Notes: generated by a model from the letters alone, not told the origin. 64,000 nucleotides of DNA from an uncultured archaeon (GCA_964486045.1 CAZALK010000003.1:64001-128000), one strand, 5' to 3'. Shown: positions 1 to 11,500, counted from the first letter of the stretch. A program made the numbers and translations.

Positions 1-936
1 TTCATCTCTATCCTGAACAAACTTTAGAGCAGCTCTTGGTAATTCTAATAAAAAAAAGCAAAATGGACACCTAAATACAGTTTCTTTATATTCTGTTTTT
101 TTCGCCCACATTGCGGCACACGATAAATGCATTGCCCTATCGCATGATGGACAATACCTACCCTCGCTGTAAAAGTCTGAGCCAGTAAGAAGAGCTTTAA
201 CAGAATGACAAATGTTACATTTATCTTTTCCTCTACCCTTTCCGCTCATCATTAACCTCATTTCTAACAAATTAGGCCGTCTTAATGGTAATGCGATTTC
301 ACTCACCAATGGAGCAATTTCTTCCTTTTTTTCAGGAGAAAAATAATCGATAGTTTCCCTTACCTCTTTTTTTGAAGCAAAAGCTTTTCCTGCATTAACT
401 ATTTCTTTAGTATTATTAAAAAAACCAAATTCTCCTCTAGTTTTTTGGGTAATTCTTTTTATTGTATTTTCTTCAAATCCTTCAATTCCTCCCAACTGGC
501 AAGCGTCAATGTAAACACCCAAGCCCTTTGCAATATTTACCATTTTATCTAATCGATCTTTATCAAATACTAACTTACTATCAGTTATAATGAGAATTCG
601 TGGAATTTTTCCACCTATTTTCCGCATTTCTTCAACTAAGATTTGTAGAGCAAATGCGATTCCTTCATGCAATATTCCCCTTCCAGAAATTTGAATAGTC
701 TTTAAAGAATTTATTAATTTCTCCTCCTCGTAGGCGAAACCAACTAGTTTATGTGAAGTCTCCCCAAAAGAAATTACCGAAATTCTGTCCTTCATATCGA
801 TTGTTAATTTTGATTTGATGAAGTTTTTCGCTGTTTGAAGCCCTGCAGCTAACCGACTTGGTTTAAAATCCTTTCTGAGCATTGACCTCGAAGTATCAAG
901 TAAAATTACTGTATCTTCAATTTTTATCTCTGGCAC
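1..936 (-). CDS. vWA-domain protein (Ssl1/p44- or Rpn10-like) with C-terminal C4HC3 RING-variant zinc finger; runs off the left edge
   Basis: Not in ORF track; translated by hand from GTG at 936: VPEIKIEDTVILLDTSRSMLRKDFKPSRL...RILIITD...KCNICH...YCPSCDRAMHLSCAAMW...FRCPFC. DxSxS MIDAS motif; open to base 1. Confidence 0.85.
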   Translation of the reverse strand, partial: MPEIKIEDTVILLDTSRSMLRKDFKPSRLAAGLQTAKNFIKSKLTIDMKDRISVISFGETSHKLVGFAYEEEKLINSLKTIQISGRGILHEGIAFALQILVEEMRKIGGKIPRILIITDSKLVFDKDRLDKMVNIAKGLGVYIDACQLGGIEGFEENTIKRITQKTRGEFGFFNNTKEIVNAGKAFASKKEVRETIDYFSPEKKEEIAPLVSEIALPLRRPNLLEMRLMMSGKGRGKDKCNICHSVKALLTGSDFYSEGRYCPSCDRAMHLSCAAMWAKKTEYKETVFRCPFCFFLLELPRAALKFVQDRDE

Positions 937-1057
937 GGTTTCTCCAAAATTCTCTTATTATCAGAAATTAATAAAATAATAATAGTAAAATCTTATAAAT
1001 TTCTATATTCTATAAATCAAGGTGAAAATATGAATAAAGATGTTATATTAACAGATA

Positions 1058-2407
1058 TTACTTTAAAAAATTATAAGCAAATAATGTATATACTTTCACT
1101 GAGTTAATAAAATCTCGAATTTCTATATATTCATTTGTTGTATGAGCAGTTCTGGCACTTCCAGGGCCAAAGAGAATTGTAGGAGGACAATAACCTTCAT
1201 TTCTTAAATAGTGAGCATCCGCAGAAGGGGGATAAAGAAAATAAAACGGTTTCTTCTTGTAGATGTCAGCTACAAGCTGATGTAAAAAATTTAAATCTGT
1301 AGAATTTTCCCAACCTTCCCAATACGAACCTTCTGAAGCGTTGATAATCTCCAAATAGACAAAAATGTCTTCAGGATTTCCTGTAGGTTCATCTCTAATA
1401 TCAAAACCTACTTCTTTTTTGATAAGCTCACTTAAGCCATTTATGATATCATTTTCTTTTTGTCCCGGTGACAATCTAAAATCGATTGTAGCTTCACACC
1501 TATCTGGAACAACATTATCTTTAATTCCCCCTTTAATCAAAGTTAAAACTTTTGTGGATTTTATTGCATCAAGAAGGGTTTTAAGCAATGGTTGTTCATT
1601 TAGAATTCTATTAAAGACATCTTCATTAACAAATGCGTCGCTAACTAATTTTTTCAACTGTTCCTTCTCAATTGGTGGTTTTACATACTGTATATATTTA
1701 TCAAGTTCACCTAATTTTTCTATTATTTTACTCATCATAGATATTGCATTTTTCCCTAGAGTAGGTAATGCTGCATGAGCGGAAATACCATTAGTGACTA
1801 CTTTCACTAACATACGACCTCTTTCACCTAAAATTATTGCTTTTGGTAAAGGACTGAGACCCGTAGGTTCCCCAATTATACAAAAATCTACAGAAATGTC
1901 CTTTAATTTATTATCCAAGCACCATTTGGTACCAAGTTTTCCATTAGTTTCTTCATCTGAAACGGCATTTAGGAACAGAGTTCCAGATAACGTTATTCCT
2001 AATTTTTTTAAGATCTTTAACGTTATAACCATTGCAGCTAGCCCTCCCTTCATATCAGTAGTACCTCTCCCAAAAATCCGTTTCCTTTTAATTGTTGCAG
2101 AAAGAGGGGGCATTTTCCATTCCTCTTCGGAACCGGGGGGAACAACATCCATATGCCCATTAAATAATAGATTTTTACCTTTAGAATCTTCATTCAATGT
2201 AGCTATTAAATTAGCCCGATTATCACCAAAAGGAAAAATTTCACAATTGATACCTACCTCGTTTAAATATTGTTCAATCATCATCGCTACATTTTTCTCG
2301 TTGCCCGGTGGATTGTAAGAATTTGTTTGAATCAAATCCCTTAGAAATTCGATATATTCCTCAGTATTATCTTCAATTTCTTGAATTATCAATTCTTCTT
2401 CCAACAT
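1058..2407 (-). CDS. M20 family metallopeptidase/deacylase (ArgE/DapE-like)
   Basis: FNGHMDVVP, GRGTTDMKGG, DEE, IIGEPT and AHTTNE motifs. Confidence 0.95.
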   Translation of the reverse strand: MLEEELIIQEIEDNTEEYIEFLRDLIQTNSYNPPGNEKNVAMMIEQYLNEVGINCEIFPFGDNRANLIATLNEDSKGKNLLFNGHMDVVPPGSEEEWKMPPLSATIKRKRIFGRGTTDMKGGLAAMVITLKILKKLGITLSGTLFLNAVSDEETNGKLGTKWCLDNKLKDISVDFCIIGEPTGLSPLPKAIILGERGRMLVKVVTNGISAHAALPTLGKNAISMMSKIIEKLGELDKYIQYVKPPIEKEQLKKLVSDAFVNEDVFNRILNEQPLLKTLLDAIKSTKVLTLIKGGIKDNVVPDRCEATIDFRLSPGQKENDIINGLSELIKKEVGFDIRDEPTGNPEDIFVYLEIINASEGSYWEGWENSTDLNFLHQLVADIYKKKPFYFLYPPSADAHYLRNEGYCPPTILFGPGSARTAHTTNEYIEIRDFINSVKVYTLFAYNFLK

Positions 2408-2847
2408 CTTTCCCTTTATTTTATTTATATTTATTTATCAATTACGACAGGATTAAAGAAATGGCTTACTGTAGTGGTGTCTGTTGCATGCTAGGTTTGA
2501 AAAATTTAATCACGGAAGAGAAAATAGCTTCATAATAGGTAGATATAATTAAACTTATCTTAAAGAATTTTCCCTAACTTTCTTCAAATCTCTCCTTTTA
2601 TTAAAATAAGTTCACTACTCTTCCTTTTCTTTTTTTTTTCCTTCCTGTATTAATGCCAAAAATCTTTTTTTAAAGCATGAAACAGAAACCACCAAAGATT
2701 TTTTTTAATTATAGAATATGTTATAAAAAAAAAAGAAGTTATATCTTATATTGAAATTTAAAGTCAAAAAAGAAAGAATTGAGGAACAAATGTAGAAAGT
2801 AAGTGTTAAAAACTATAATATTATAAATTATTATGGAGGAGTAGAAC

Positions 2848-3324
2848 TTGAAAAGTACTAAAAAGTTGGGACAACCAATTTCATCTAAAACAGGAGAACC
2901 ATTAAAGCCGTTTATAAAACCGAGGGATACATTACTACGAGGGATCATAATTATTAACTTTGGATTTTTTATGTGGTTGATAGCATATATAGGGGGAAAT
3001 AATTTTACTGACCCGTTAATTTTTTCATTTATTATAGGGTGTGTATTGATTTCTCGTGCAAAACTTGGCAATAAACATGTGCTGGCTCACCAAATAATCA
3101 TATTAATAAGCGATATCTTTACATTTATTATGGGATTTGTTTTATCAATATACTTTTGGTCAGCACCTAATCATCTATTGTTCATGATAATGGGTATTAT
3201 AATCATTATAGTACTTACCTTGGTCTCCATTATTCATTGTTTATATTGGCTCGTGAAGTTGGAGAAATACAAGGTTAAAAATGAAGTCTTTAGAAGAGAT
3301 CGTAACTCTATTATTTATGAATAA
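2848..3324 (+). CDS. Hypothetical 4-TM membrane protein
   Basis: TTG start after GGAGG SD; four hydrophobic segments. Confidence 0.75.
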   Translation: MKSTKKLGQPISSKTGEPLKPFIKPRDTLLRGIIIINFGFFMWLIAYIGGNNFTDPLIFSFIIGCVLISRAKLGNKHVLAHQIIILISDIFTFIMGFVLSIYFWSAPNHLLFMIMGIIIIIVLTLVSIIHCLYWLVKLEKYKVKNEVFRRDRNSIIYE

Positions 3325-3621
3325 AATATTACTAAATCAGCGGTCGATGCTATTTTTCTCAAGATATTTGCGGAAGTGAAGAAAAATCAGCAAACAGAGG
3401 AATGTTTGAACAACCATGTAGAAGAAAATGGGGGCTTCGCGAGGAAAATGGCACAGAATATATATATGGTGGTTTTAGAGGTAATTTTAGAGAACAATAT
3501 TCTTATTAAATAATTATTTTAAATTTTATACAAGTATAAGATATAAATAATTTATTGTAGTGTTAAGTATTTCTTTTTGAAATTTGATACTTGTAAAAAA
3601 TAATTAGAAATAATTAGAGTG

Positions 3622-3646
3622 AATGAAAATCGTTTAAGCATAATAA
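3622..3646 (+). repeat. 25-bp direct repeat, copy 1 (copy 2 at 4694-4718 inside the wHTH gene)
   Basis: aatgaaaatcgtttaagcataataa occurs exactly at both positions. Confidence 0.85.
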
Positions 3647-3792
3647 TAATAATAGAAAATAAAAGTTATAAAACAAGTTATATTTTTTCTCCAATTTAAT
3701 CTTGTATTGTTAGATAAGTGCACCTTAAACTATTATAAACCGTGCCATTTATCATTATATGACTGTAATCAAAAGGTAAATTGTGAAAGAGA

Positions 3793-4398
3793 ATGAACCT
3801 GAAGAGAGTTAAGATTAAGAACAAAATAATGTCAATTTCTACTAGTATATCTTCTTTTTTTATTCCAATTTTTCAGTACGTTCCCTGTTTATCTATATGG
3901 AGAGGCATAATGAGTGTTCCATTAATAACTTACTTAACCTTCTTCTTTCAAAATCCCAAAATTCTATCTACTGACTATTTTTTTTTATTTGGAAATCATG
4001 GCATTTATTTTATTATCTTTGGTTTCTGGTTTTTTATAATCTCATTAATATTTCAATTAACTCATAGAAATCAGTTAATTCGAACCGGACCATATAAGTA
4101 TATAAGGCACCCTCAATATCTTGCTTTCATTCTTATGACCTTTGGAATGACATTAATAGTGTTTCAGACAACCCCAGTTGTCGAATTTAATCCCTTTCAT
4201 CTTGAAGGTTATACCATTATCTTCTATACTTGGATCGGTGAAGTGTTAGCGTACATAATCTTAGGAAAGATTGAAGATTTTGCATTGAAAGCTAAATATG
4301 GTGATGAATTTATTGAGTATAAAAATACAGTATTTTTTTTGTTCCCAACCATAAATTTAAAGAAAAATGACCCCAAACATAGAATTGAGAAAGAATAA
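3793..4398 (+). CDS. Isoprenylcysteine carboxyl methyltransferase/PEMT-family membrane methyltransferase
   Basis: LIRTGPYKYIRHPQY motif; E..L..KYGDEF.EY C-terminus; TM helices. Confidence 0.85.
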   Translation: MNLKRVKIKNKIMSISTSISSFFIPIFQYVPCLSIWRGIMSVPLITYLTFFFQNPKILSTDYFFLFGNHGIYFIIFGFWFFIISLIFQLTHRNQLIRTGPYKYIRHPQYLAFILMTFGMTLIVFQTTPVVEFNPFHLEGYTIIFYTWIGEVLAYIILGKIEDFALKAKYGDEFIEYKNTVFFLFPTINLKKNDPKHRIEKE

Positions 4399-5104
4399 AC
4401 CAGGTAGCAATTTCAATTACTTTTATATCTTAAAATCATTACTCATAATTTCTTCATTAATTTTATTATTTATCATTTTAGTTCAACTTATTAATTTAAG
4501 TTTATATGAACAACTACCAGCCTTTAGAAAAATAGATAACCTCGAATCAATTACCATTTCTATTCTAATAACCGCAATCTTTTTAATCTCTGCTCTGACA
4601 TTACTTACGTTAAAAGAATTTAGAAGCTATATAATAAGGAGAAAATATATTCAAAACAGTAATTCTTATTTATCTCTTACTAATATCTTTGAAAATGAAA
4701 ATCGTTTAAGCATAATAAATCAAATCCTGGAGAATCCAGGGATTCATCATAACGAATTGCTACGAAATTGCAATTTACAAAAAGGTCAATTACGATGGCA
4801 TTTAGATGTATTGCTAAAATATCATATTATAAAAAAAAAAAAATATGGGCAATTTATTATATATTTTCCGATTACAACCTCGTTTGATGCTAATGAATAT
4901 TTAGGGAATCTTATTACAAAATCAAAAACTACTTTGGAGATCTTAAATATTATTAAAGAAAATCCAGGAATTAATTCTTCTGAAATAGCCCGAATTCTAA
5001 GCCTTTCTCGTAATACTATAAAATATCATATTGATAAATTATCAAAAGAGAAACTGGTTATATTAACCAAAAAAGGTCGTGAAATAGAGTTACATCCTAT
5101 TTAA
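4367..5104 (+). CDS. Membrane-anchored transcriptional regulator (2 TM + tandem winged HTH)
   Basis: NPGIHHNELLR...LRWHLDVL and NPGINSSEIAR...IKYHIDKL wHTH repeats after two TM helices. Confidence 0.85.
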   Translation: MTPNIELRKNKPGSNFNYFYILKSLLIISSLILLFIILVQLINLSLYEQLPAFRKIDNLESITISILITAIFLISALTLLTLKEFRSYIIRRKYIQNSNSYLSLTNIFENENRLSIINQILENPGIHHNELLRNCNLQKGQLRWHLDVLLKYHIIKKKKYGQFIIYFPITTSFDANEYLGNLITKSKTTLEILNIIKENPGINSSEIARILSLSRNTIKYHIDKLSKEKLVILTKKGREIELHPI

Positions 5105-5110
5105 CTTAGT

Positions 5111-5662
5111 TTGTTAATTAAATTTAGAGTGTTAAAAATTAAAATTAAAAATTTTATTTGGATATTGCCATTAATTGGCGGACTTCTAACGCTCATAGCA
5201 ATTTTTACCCCAGCAGCTTATAATTTTGAGAGTAGTGGGCACTTAATTTTTTGGATGTGGGGTTGGTATGATAGATTAGGCATATGGGATTATTGTATGG
5301 TAAAGGGATTAATTTCTGATCCGTTGATCCTTAATATTGGAACTATTTGTACTGTATTAATAATAGTTGTTGCATCCATCTTCGTCGTTAACAGCATTTC
5401 AGCGGCTTTGATATTTAGGAAAGGTAATAGGTTTACCAAAATTGTATTATGGGTATGGTTTTTAAGTGGAATTTTATTTATTATAGCACCAATCTTTTGG
5501 ATGGCAATGGTACAAATTTTTCCACCATTTTCACCAATTCCTGTTGGTAGTGACCCTCCTCTTAATTTTTGGAGGATATTTTTTCCAGGCTGGGCAATTA
5601 TAGCCCCAATTTTAACTGGTGCTTTATCTTGTGGCACTATTATTTTGTCACGGGTGGAGTAA
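5111..5662 (+). CDS. Hypothetical 4-TM membrane protein
   Basis: Four hydrophobic segments; W.WG loop; directly downstream of the regulator. Confidence 0.75.
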   Translation: MLIKFRVLKIKIKNFIWILPLIGGLLTLIAIFTPAAYNFESSGHLIFWMWGWYDRLGIWDYCMVKGLISDPLILNIGTICTVLIIVVASIFVVNSISAALIFRKGNRFTKIVLWVWFLSGILFIIAPIFWMAMVQIFPPFSPIPVGSDPPLNFWRIFFPGWAIIAPILTGALSCGTIILSRVE

Positions 5663-5841
5663 ATCCAATTACAAATGAAAAAATGGATGATACTACTATT
5701 TCAAGAAGCGATATTGTTGGTGTCCCTGATTTATCCACGAAAGCAATCACAGGATCAAATACCAAGTTTATACAGAAAAGTAAAAAAAGCTTTTATATGA
5801 TTGTTGTATTCATATTATCTACTAAATGAGGGTGAAATTAA

Positions 5842-8010
5842 TTGAGAAAAAAATATAGATTAAATCTATTAATAATTGTATTAATTCTATCGTTTCTTTT
5901 TAGTTTCAACAATATTACTCAAAATTACACCAATCTTAGAGATCCTAACGAAGTTGCTAGTGCTGGAGCGCTCAACACTCTTATCGTTGGAACCATGTAT
6001 GGTCCAGTTGACCTTGATCCAATAGTGGCTTGGGATAGTGCGTCATTTGCTGTAATTGATCAAGTAGTTGAGGGTTTATTCGCATATGATTTAGGTGATC
6101 CTGATATGGCATTAATACCGCGACTTGCCAGCGCTTTTGGTACATGGAATAGTGGGGCTACTGAATATACTGTACCCCTCAGAACGGGTGTTACATTTCA
6201 TGATGGAACAAACTTTAATGCTGCTGCTGTTGTTGCTCACTGGGATAGAATTGCCTGGGCTTTAAACAGTACTGGCACTAACACAGTTGGTATAACTCAG
6301 GTAGCTGAGTTATATAAATTTCCAGATGGTACACCTATTGTGAATAATGTCACTGACAATGGTGACAATACCGTAACTTTTTACATAAATGATCCCTTTG
6401 TACCATTTGTATCTCTCTTATGCTTCAGTGCTTCATATATTCAGTCACCTACATATACAGCTACTTTGACAGATTATATTGATACATCTATTGAGATCAT
6501 CGTCGGAACGGGACCTTTTGTTTATGATTCATACGAAGCTGGTGTCGAAGTACTATTTCACGCTTTTGATGATTATTGGAAAGGAAAAGCGAACATTAGT
6601 GAATTAGTTTTTAAAGAAATTGTTGATCCAATAGCCAGAAACAATGCATTACTGGCGGGAGATATTCATTTTTTATCATCCCCTTTATCAACTATGATAG
6701 ACGCTTTCAAGGCTCATCCTAACATAACTGTGTTAGATGCCGGAAAAAAAAACGCAATTACACAATATCTTGGGATGAATAACAATAATATAAATAAGAC
6801 CTTCAGAGAGGCAATTTCATATGCAATCAATTATTCATATATAATCGATGAACTTAGAGAAGGTAATGCTGTCAGAATGAGATCTCCTATTCCAGAAGGA
6901 ATTATGTTTTCTAACACCACATTTGACGTACCGATTTTAAACCTGACACATGCAAGATTGGTAATGCAATCTATGGGATTTGGAGTAGGTTTTAACTTAT
7001 TTGCCGATACTGAATGGATAAATCAGAAAGCCACTGCTCCATTTGCAACATTTAATTATACTTATAATATTGGAAATACGTTGAGAGAAGATTTATTGAT
7101 TCTACTACAAGATAATCTCGGAAAAATTGGAATCAACGTAACCGAAGCTGGTATGACATGGGGAGATTTTATTTACTCGCTCTATGAAATCGGTGGTCGA
7201 CATAGAGATCATTTAGAACTTTATTTCATTGGATGGGGTCCTGATTATAATGATCCAAGCAACTTCATCAATCCATTGTTTACAAATAGATCTGTAGCTT
7301 CTAATGGAGTAGATTATAATGGTTACCTTGCAGCAATAGAGGATGGTAGAGATCCATTTGACCAGAATGACAATGTTCAGCTCTTAATGGAAGCGGCTAA
7401 TATCGAAACCGATCCAGTAGCAAGAGAAGCCATGTATGACAGAATTCAAGAACTTTTGATTGAGCGAGATTTTCCATGGGCTTTAGGTTATGTTTCAAAA
7501 ATATATCATGCTCATCATGTCAATTTAACTGGATTTCAACAAAATGCTTATAATAAGTTAGATTTCTATTCTTGTCAATGGGACTATTATAATCCCGCTA
7601 TTATACCAATAGTTGATTCCCTCTCTATTACTACTCCTGATAGCTCCAGTTCATGGGAAGCAGGTACTATTCATTCTATTGCATGGACATCAACAGGTAG
7701 TATCACAAATGTGCAAATTGAACTCTATATTTCAGGAATTCTTAACTTAGTTCTCACTTCGGGTACCCCGAACGATGGTGAGATATCATGGACAATTCCA
7801 TCTGAACTCACGAATTCTACGTTTTATCAGATAAAAATCACTGATTTGTCTAATTCTTCCACATATGGTTATAGTGATTATTTTGCGATATACGATCCCG
7901 CTATTACTGAAGAACCTATTCCAGGATATAGTCTCTACTTCCTATTTATGATACTAAGTATAGTCTCAGTGGTTCTGATAAAAAAGCAGTATAAACATTT
8001 AAAAAAATAA
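5842..8010 (+). CDS. ABC-type peptide/nickel solute-binding protein (family 5) with Ser/Thr-rich Ig-like domain and IPGY-TM C-terminal sorting signal
   Basis: LDP..AWD, VTFHDGT.FNA, GTGPF, GWGPDY.DP motifs; signal peptide; C-terminus IPGY-hydrophobic-KK. Confidence 0.92.
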   Translation: MRKKYRLNLLIIVLILSFLFSFNNITQNYTNLRDPNEVASAGALNTLIVGTMYGPVDLDPIVAWDSASFAVIDQVVEGLFAYDLGDPDMALIPRLASAFGTWNSGATEYTVPLRTGVTFHDGTNFNAAAVVAHWDRIAWALNSTGTNTVGITQVAELYKFPDGTPIVNNVTDNGDNTVTFYINDPFVPFVSLLCFSASYIQSPTYTATLTDYIDTSIEIIVGTGPFVYDSYEAGVEVLFHAFDDYWKGKANISELVFKEIVDPIARNNALLAGDIHFLSSPLSTMIDAFKAHPNITVLDAGKKNAITQYLGMNNNNINKTFREAISYAINYSYIIDELREGNAVRMRSPIPEGIMFSNTTFDVPILNLTHARLVMQSMGFGVGFNLFADTEWINQKATAPFATFNYTYNIGNTLREDLLILLQDNLGKIGINVTEAGMTWGDFIYSLYEIGGRHRDHLELYFIGWGPDYNDPSNFINPLFTNRSVASNGVDYNGYLAAIEDGRDPFDQNDNVQLLMEAANIETDPVAREAMYDRIQELLIERDFPWALGYVSKIYHAHHVNLTGFQQNAYNKLDFYSCQWDYYNPAIIPIVDSLSITTPDSSSSWEAGTIHSIAWTSTGSITNVQIELYISGILNLVLTSGTPNDGEISWTIPSELTNSTFYQIKITDLSNSSTYGYSDYFAIYDPAITEEPIPGYSLYFLFMILSIVSVVLIKKQYKHLKK

Positions 8011-8540
8011 AAACTTTTTTTTTTACTTTCGTTACAACATTTCATTGATTAACTCTGATCTTTTCATCCGCTTCTGTTATCAACTCCATCAAGTTTAACT
8101 TAAAGCATAAATCTGCTTATAAAGAATTATTAGAGCTATTAAGGATTCATTTAATAATTGGAAACTCTTTCATTAAAAATTTTTTTGAATTATTTTAATA
8201 TTTCATAATCTCGTATAAAATTAATCTAATCTTTAATATCTAGCAAAATGTAGAATTATATCTTTATTATGATAAATAAATTTAATTGAATAAAGAATTA
8301 ATGTTTTAGAACGGTTAGATTAAAAAAAAATAGAAAATGGATCATAAATTTTAAGAAAAAACTCCTTGAAAAAAGTTACTAGATCCTCGAAAAGTAACAT
8401 CTTTTTTCTGCTTAATTTTTACTATAGGAATTATAACCAGATTAATTAAACCTCCCTCATGAGAGGCATTTCGAGCATTTACAAGTGAAGATTTAGACTG
8501 GTCTTCTAACTCCCTAAAAGCAGGTGCACAGAAAGGTTAT

Positions 8541-11500
8541 ATGAAAAAGATTGCCGAAGCATTCTATAGGGAACAAATCTTAAGCGTTTTTGAAGAAGCA
8601 AAGGGGAATCATCAAGAATTGCAAAAGGTTAGGGAAAATATTGTTAAAGCCGTTCAATGGAATTTACTTAAGAAATTATCATTAAGTAGAACTTCTATAA
8701 AATTAGGTAGTCCTATAATTCATACTCTTGGGAATTCAGTCGATGAGCAAAACTCCATATTTAATGGTTTATTTGATAATCTAAAACAGCTTGTAGGTAA
8801 TAAGAAGATATTTGCCGAAGATCAAGACCAAATTGATGGAGGAGCGTTATTTTCGATTTCAGTACTTCAGTGTCTTTTGGATGCTATAGCTTCGTTTGCA
8901 ATTAAGTCTGATGGTATTGTTAATAAGCTTTTCCGTTTCAATACAGCCCTACAGTCTATTCAGGGTACTGAGTTTGAGAACGTTCTAACTCTTGAGATAT
9001 TACCAAGAACAATTCTCTCATATTATGATGCAAAATATGATAAAATGATTGATAAAAACGGGAAAGAAGTTGATCACCGCGAATTGTGGAAAATTCATAC
9101 TCAGACTTCAAGGGAATTAAAAAGTAAACTTTTTGGACCGGCAAGCTATTTTTCCAAAAATGATTATGGTTTATTCGATGTTTTTGGTAGGCAGTATCTA
9201 ATTCGGGGTGACCAATTAATAATTGTTGGAAATATTGCCAAACATTCTAAAGAAGATAGAAGTTTTACATTTGAGCAATCTATGATAGGTTTAGATGCAT
9301 TCAGAAATGTCTATGACACATTATTGGAGGTAGCAGACGATCCTAACAAGTTTAACCCTGATAAGACCACAATTAGAATTAATTTTAACAGTCCTATGTT
9401 TAATCGCGAACTAAATAATATTGAAGCTTTTATCGATGTTGTTTTAACTGACTTGATGAAAAGAGGTAGTATTGGTCAACAAACTGTAGGGGTATCTGGT
9501 CAATATGATACAAAATGGGCCAAATTGTCAAAATCTGATGTAATTAAGTATTATACAATTAACGCATTAAATGAATTGTTACAGAATGTAGAAGGCTACA
9601 TTGGTACTACTCCTGTAGAGAGTAATCTTCTTAAACATTCATTTAGAAAGATGCTTCTGAAAGTGGATTCTAATTTCATAGAGACCTTAAAAAACGATTT
9701 ATTTAAAAAATACAGAATAAATAAAGGAGATATTATAGATTTAGATAATTTTATTCGCAATAAAGTTGCTGGGAATGTTGAACATTACTATGGTGCTTAT
9801 TTAGGGAATGATGGAAGTGTTAAATACGGTTTAGTACTTGGTGCAGTTATAGAGACATATTTACCTGGAGCTTCTAATGAACAAGTTTCAATTTATAATA
9901 TAAAAGATTCCCGATTTGATTCAAGTAATTTGGAATCTAATAAAGATTATGATAAAGAGACAGGAAATTTGTTGGGTCCATACACATTTGCTTTCAAAAT
10001 CAAGGATAACAAGATTACTTATCGGTTATATAAAGTAAGATCAAATCTTAAGTTAGAAGGCGGTTGGCAGATTGGGATCCCAGATTTAGAGACAGGAGAG
10101 ATTATTAGTGTTATAATTACTGATGGAAATGGACGCAAGCTATATGGCAGAATAAAATACGAAGGCTATAGTATAACAGAGAGAGTCGGTGGGGTTCATT
10201 GGTGGCGTTCAAGTAGTATGAAGTCTATAAAAGAGAATAATTATATTAGGAATCTTAAAGGAACAGGCGTAGGAGATTATAGTGGTATACGAGTCATAAA
10301 CGCCATGTTCACTAGATATGGGGATATGAACCAAATAATGTGGGTGACTACAGATTTGATAAACCCATACCTAGATTTTGACTTTTCGCACGATTTTTAC
10401 ACTATACTCTACAAGAATTTTCCTATACCTTCCAGACGACCGAAATCTGGAATTATTAATATGCTTCCATTCTTACGGCAATTTCCGATCACTGCGGATA
10501 TTTTAGCGAAAGAATCGAGTATGCGAGATTTAGTACTAACGCATATTTTCGATATAGCCCAAAAAATTATTGATCATAGTGGACTCTCAGAATATTTACC
10601 AGTATATGATAATATACTCAAAGTCTTAAACGCGTATGAAGACAAATCTGGTGTTATACATTTGGGACCAGGTTATAAAGAATTGAGCCATTTATTTAAA
10701 ACAGTTATTGGTAGTAGTGCTTATAGCTTCAGTTTCAATAATTTTAGGGATGACATCGAAGATATTAATCACTTGACTTACAATAAAGACCAATCCTTCA
10801 AGGATTGGTTAAAAATAGCTTTGGATCTTTATCAAAACTATCAATTACCCTCTAGGGGGAATTCTGATCCCGTCCTAAAGGCATTAGATGAAAAAATTAG
10901 GGCAGAAATTTTCGATTCAATAGGCAATAATAAATTCGTTAAAGGAGGTGTGCCAAGAACATTCTCTGATGGAGATGATTTCTTACAAGGATACGACGGG
11001 CATGAAGATAAAGTGTTAATAGAAGAGATCATTTCTACAACTACCAATCTTTATGGAGGCTTTACTTTATCAAAACTTCTTACAGGTTCAATCTTCGTTC
11101 AGAATGGAAGAGTACAATTTGCATTACTAACTTGGGATTCTTTATTTAAAGCACATAAAAACGCAGGATTAGTTAATGAGCATCTTAATGTTAAATTCCC
11201 CAGTTCCACTTCTTATACCACTGCTCAAAGTCAGGTTGTTGATGAAATGATACTTCGACCTAGTATTGAAGTTACTATTAAATACGGTGTAAACGAGGAA
11301 GTAGAATTTATTCAAATCCCTCATATTCCTACTGATTACTGGGATCCAAACATCAAAAGTCAAAATGAAGTTAGTATCGAAAGTTTAGATTTAACCAAAT
11401 ACTCTAATGGGTTATCTAATCTATTATTAAAATATTGGGGAAAGAAGCAGCGTTCTCAAATTGTTTATAGAACTCAGAGGGCTTATGGAAACCGATTAGT

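Noticed and set aside
1365-2318. Plus-strand ORFs opposite the M20 gene, and similar antisense ORFs throughout (e.g. 5290, 11642, 22859, 36695, 54212)
   Set aside because: Shadow frames of well-supported genes with no motifs of their own
3338-3490. Purine-rich, higher-GC intergenic stretch as possible MITE or ncRNA
   Set aside because: No terminal inverted repeats, second copy or convincing fold seen in the window
8025-8173. Minus-strand fragment starting MKEFPIIK
   Set aside because: Multiple stops; too short to assign to any family
8367-8462. In-frame TGA codons as possible selenocysteine read-through
   Set aside because: A TAA lies in the same frame, there is no redox motif context and no SECIS-like hairpin was recognised
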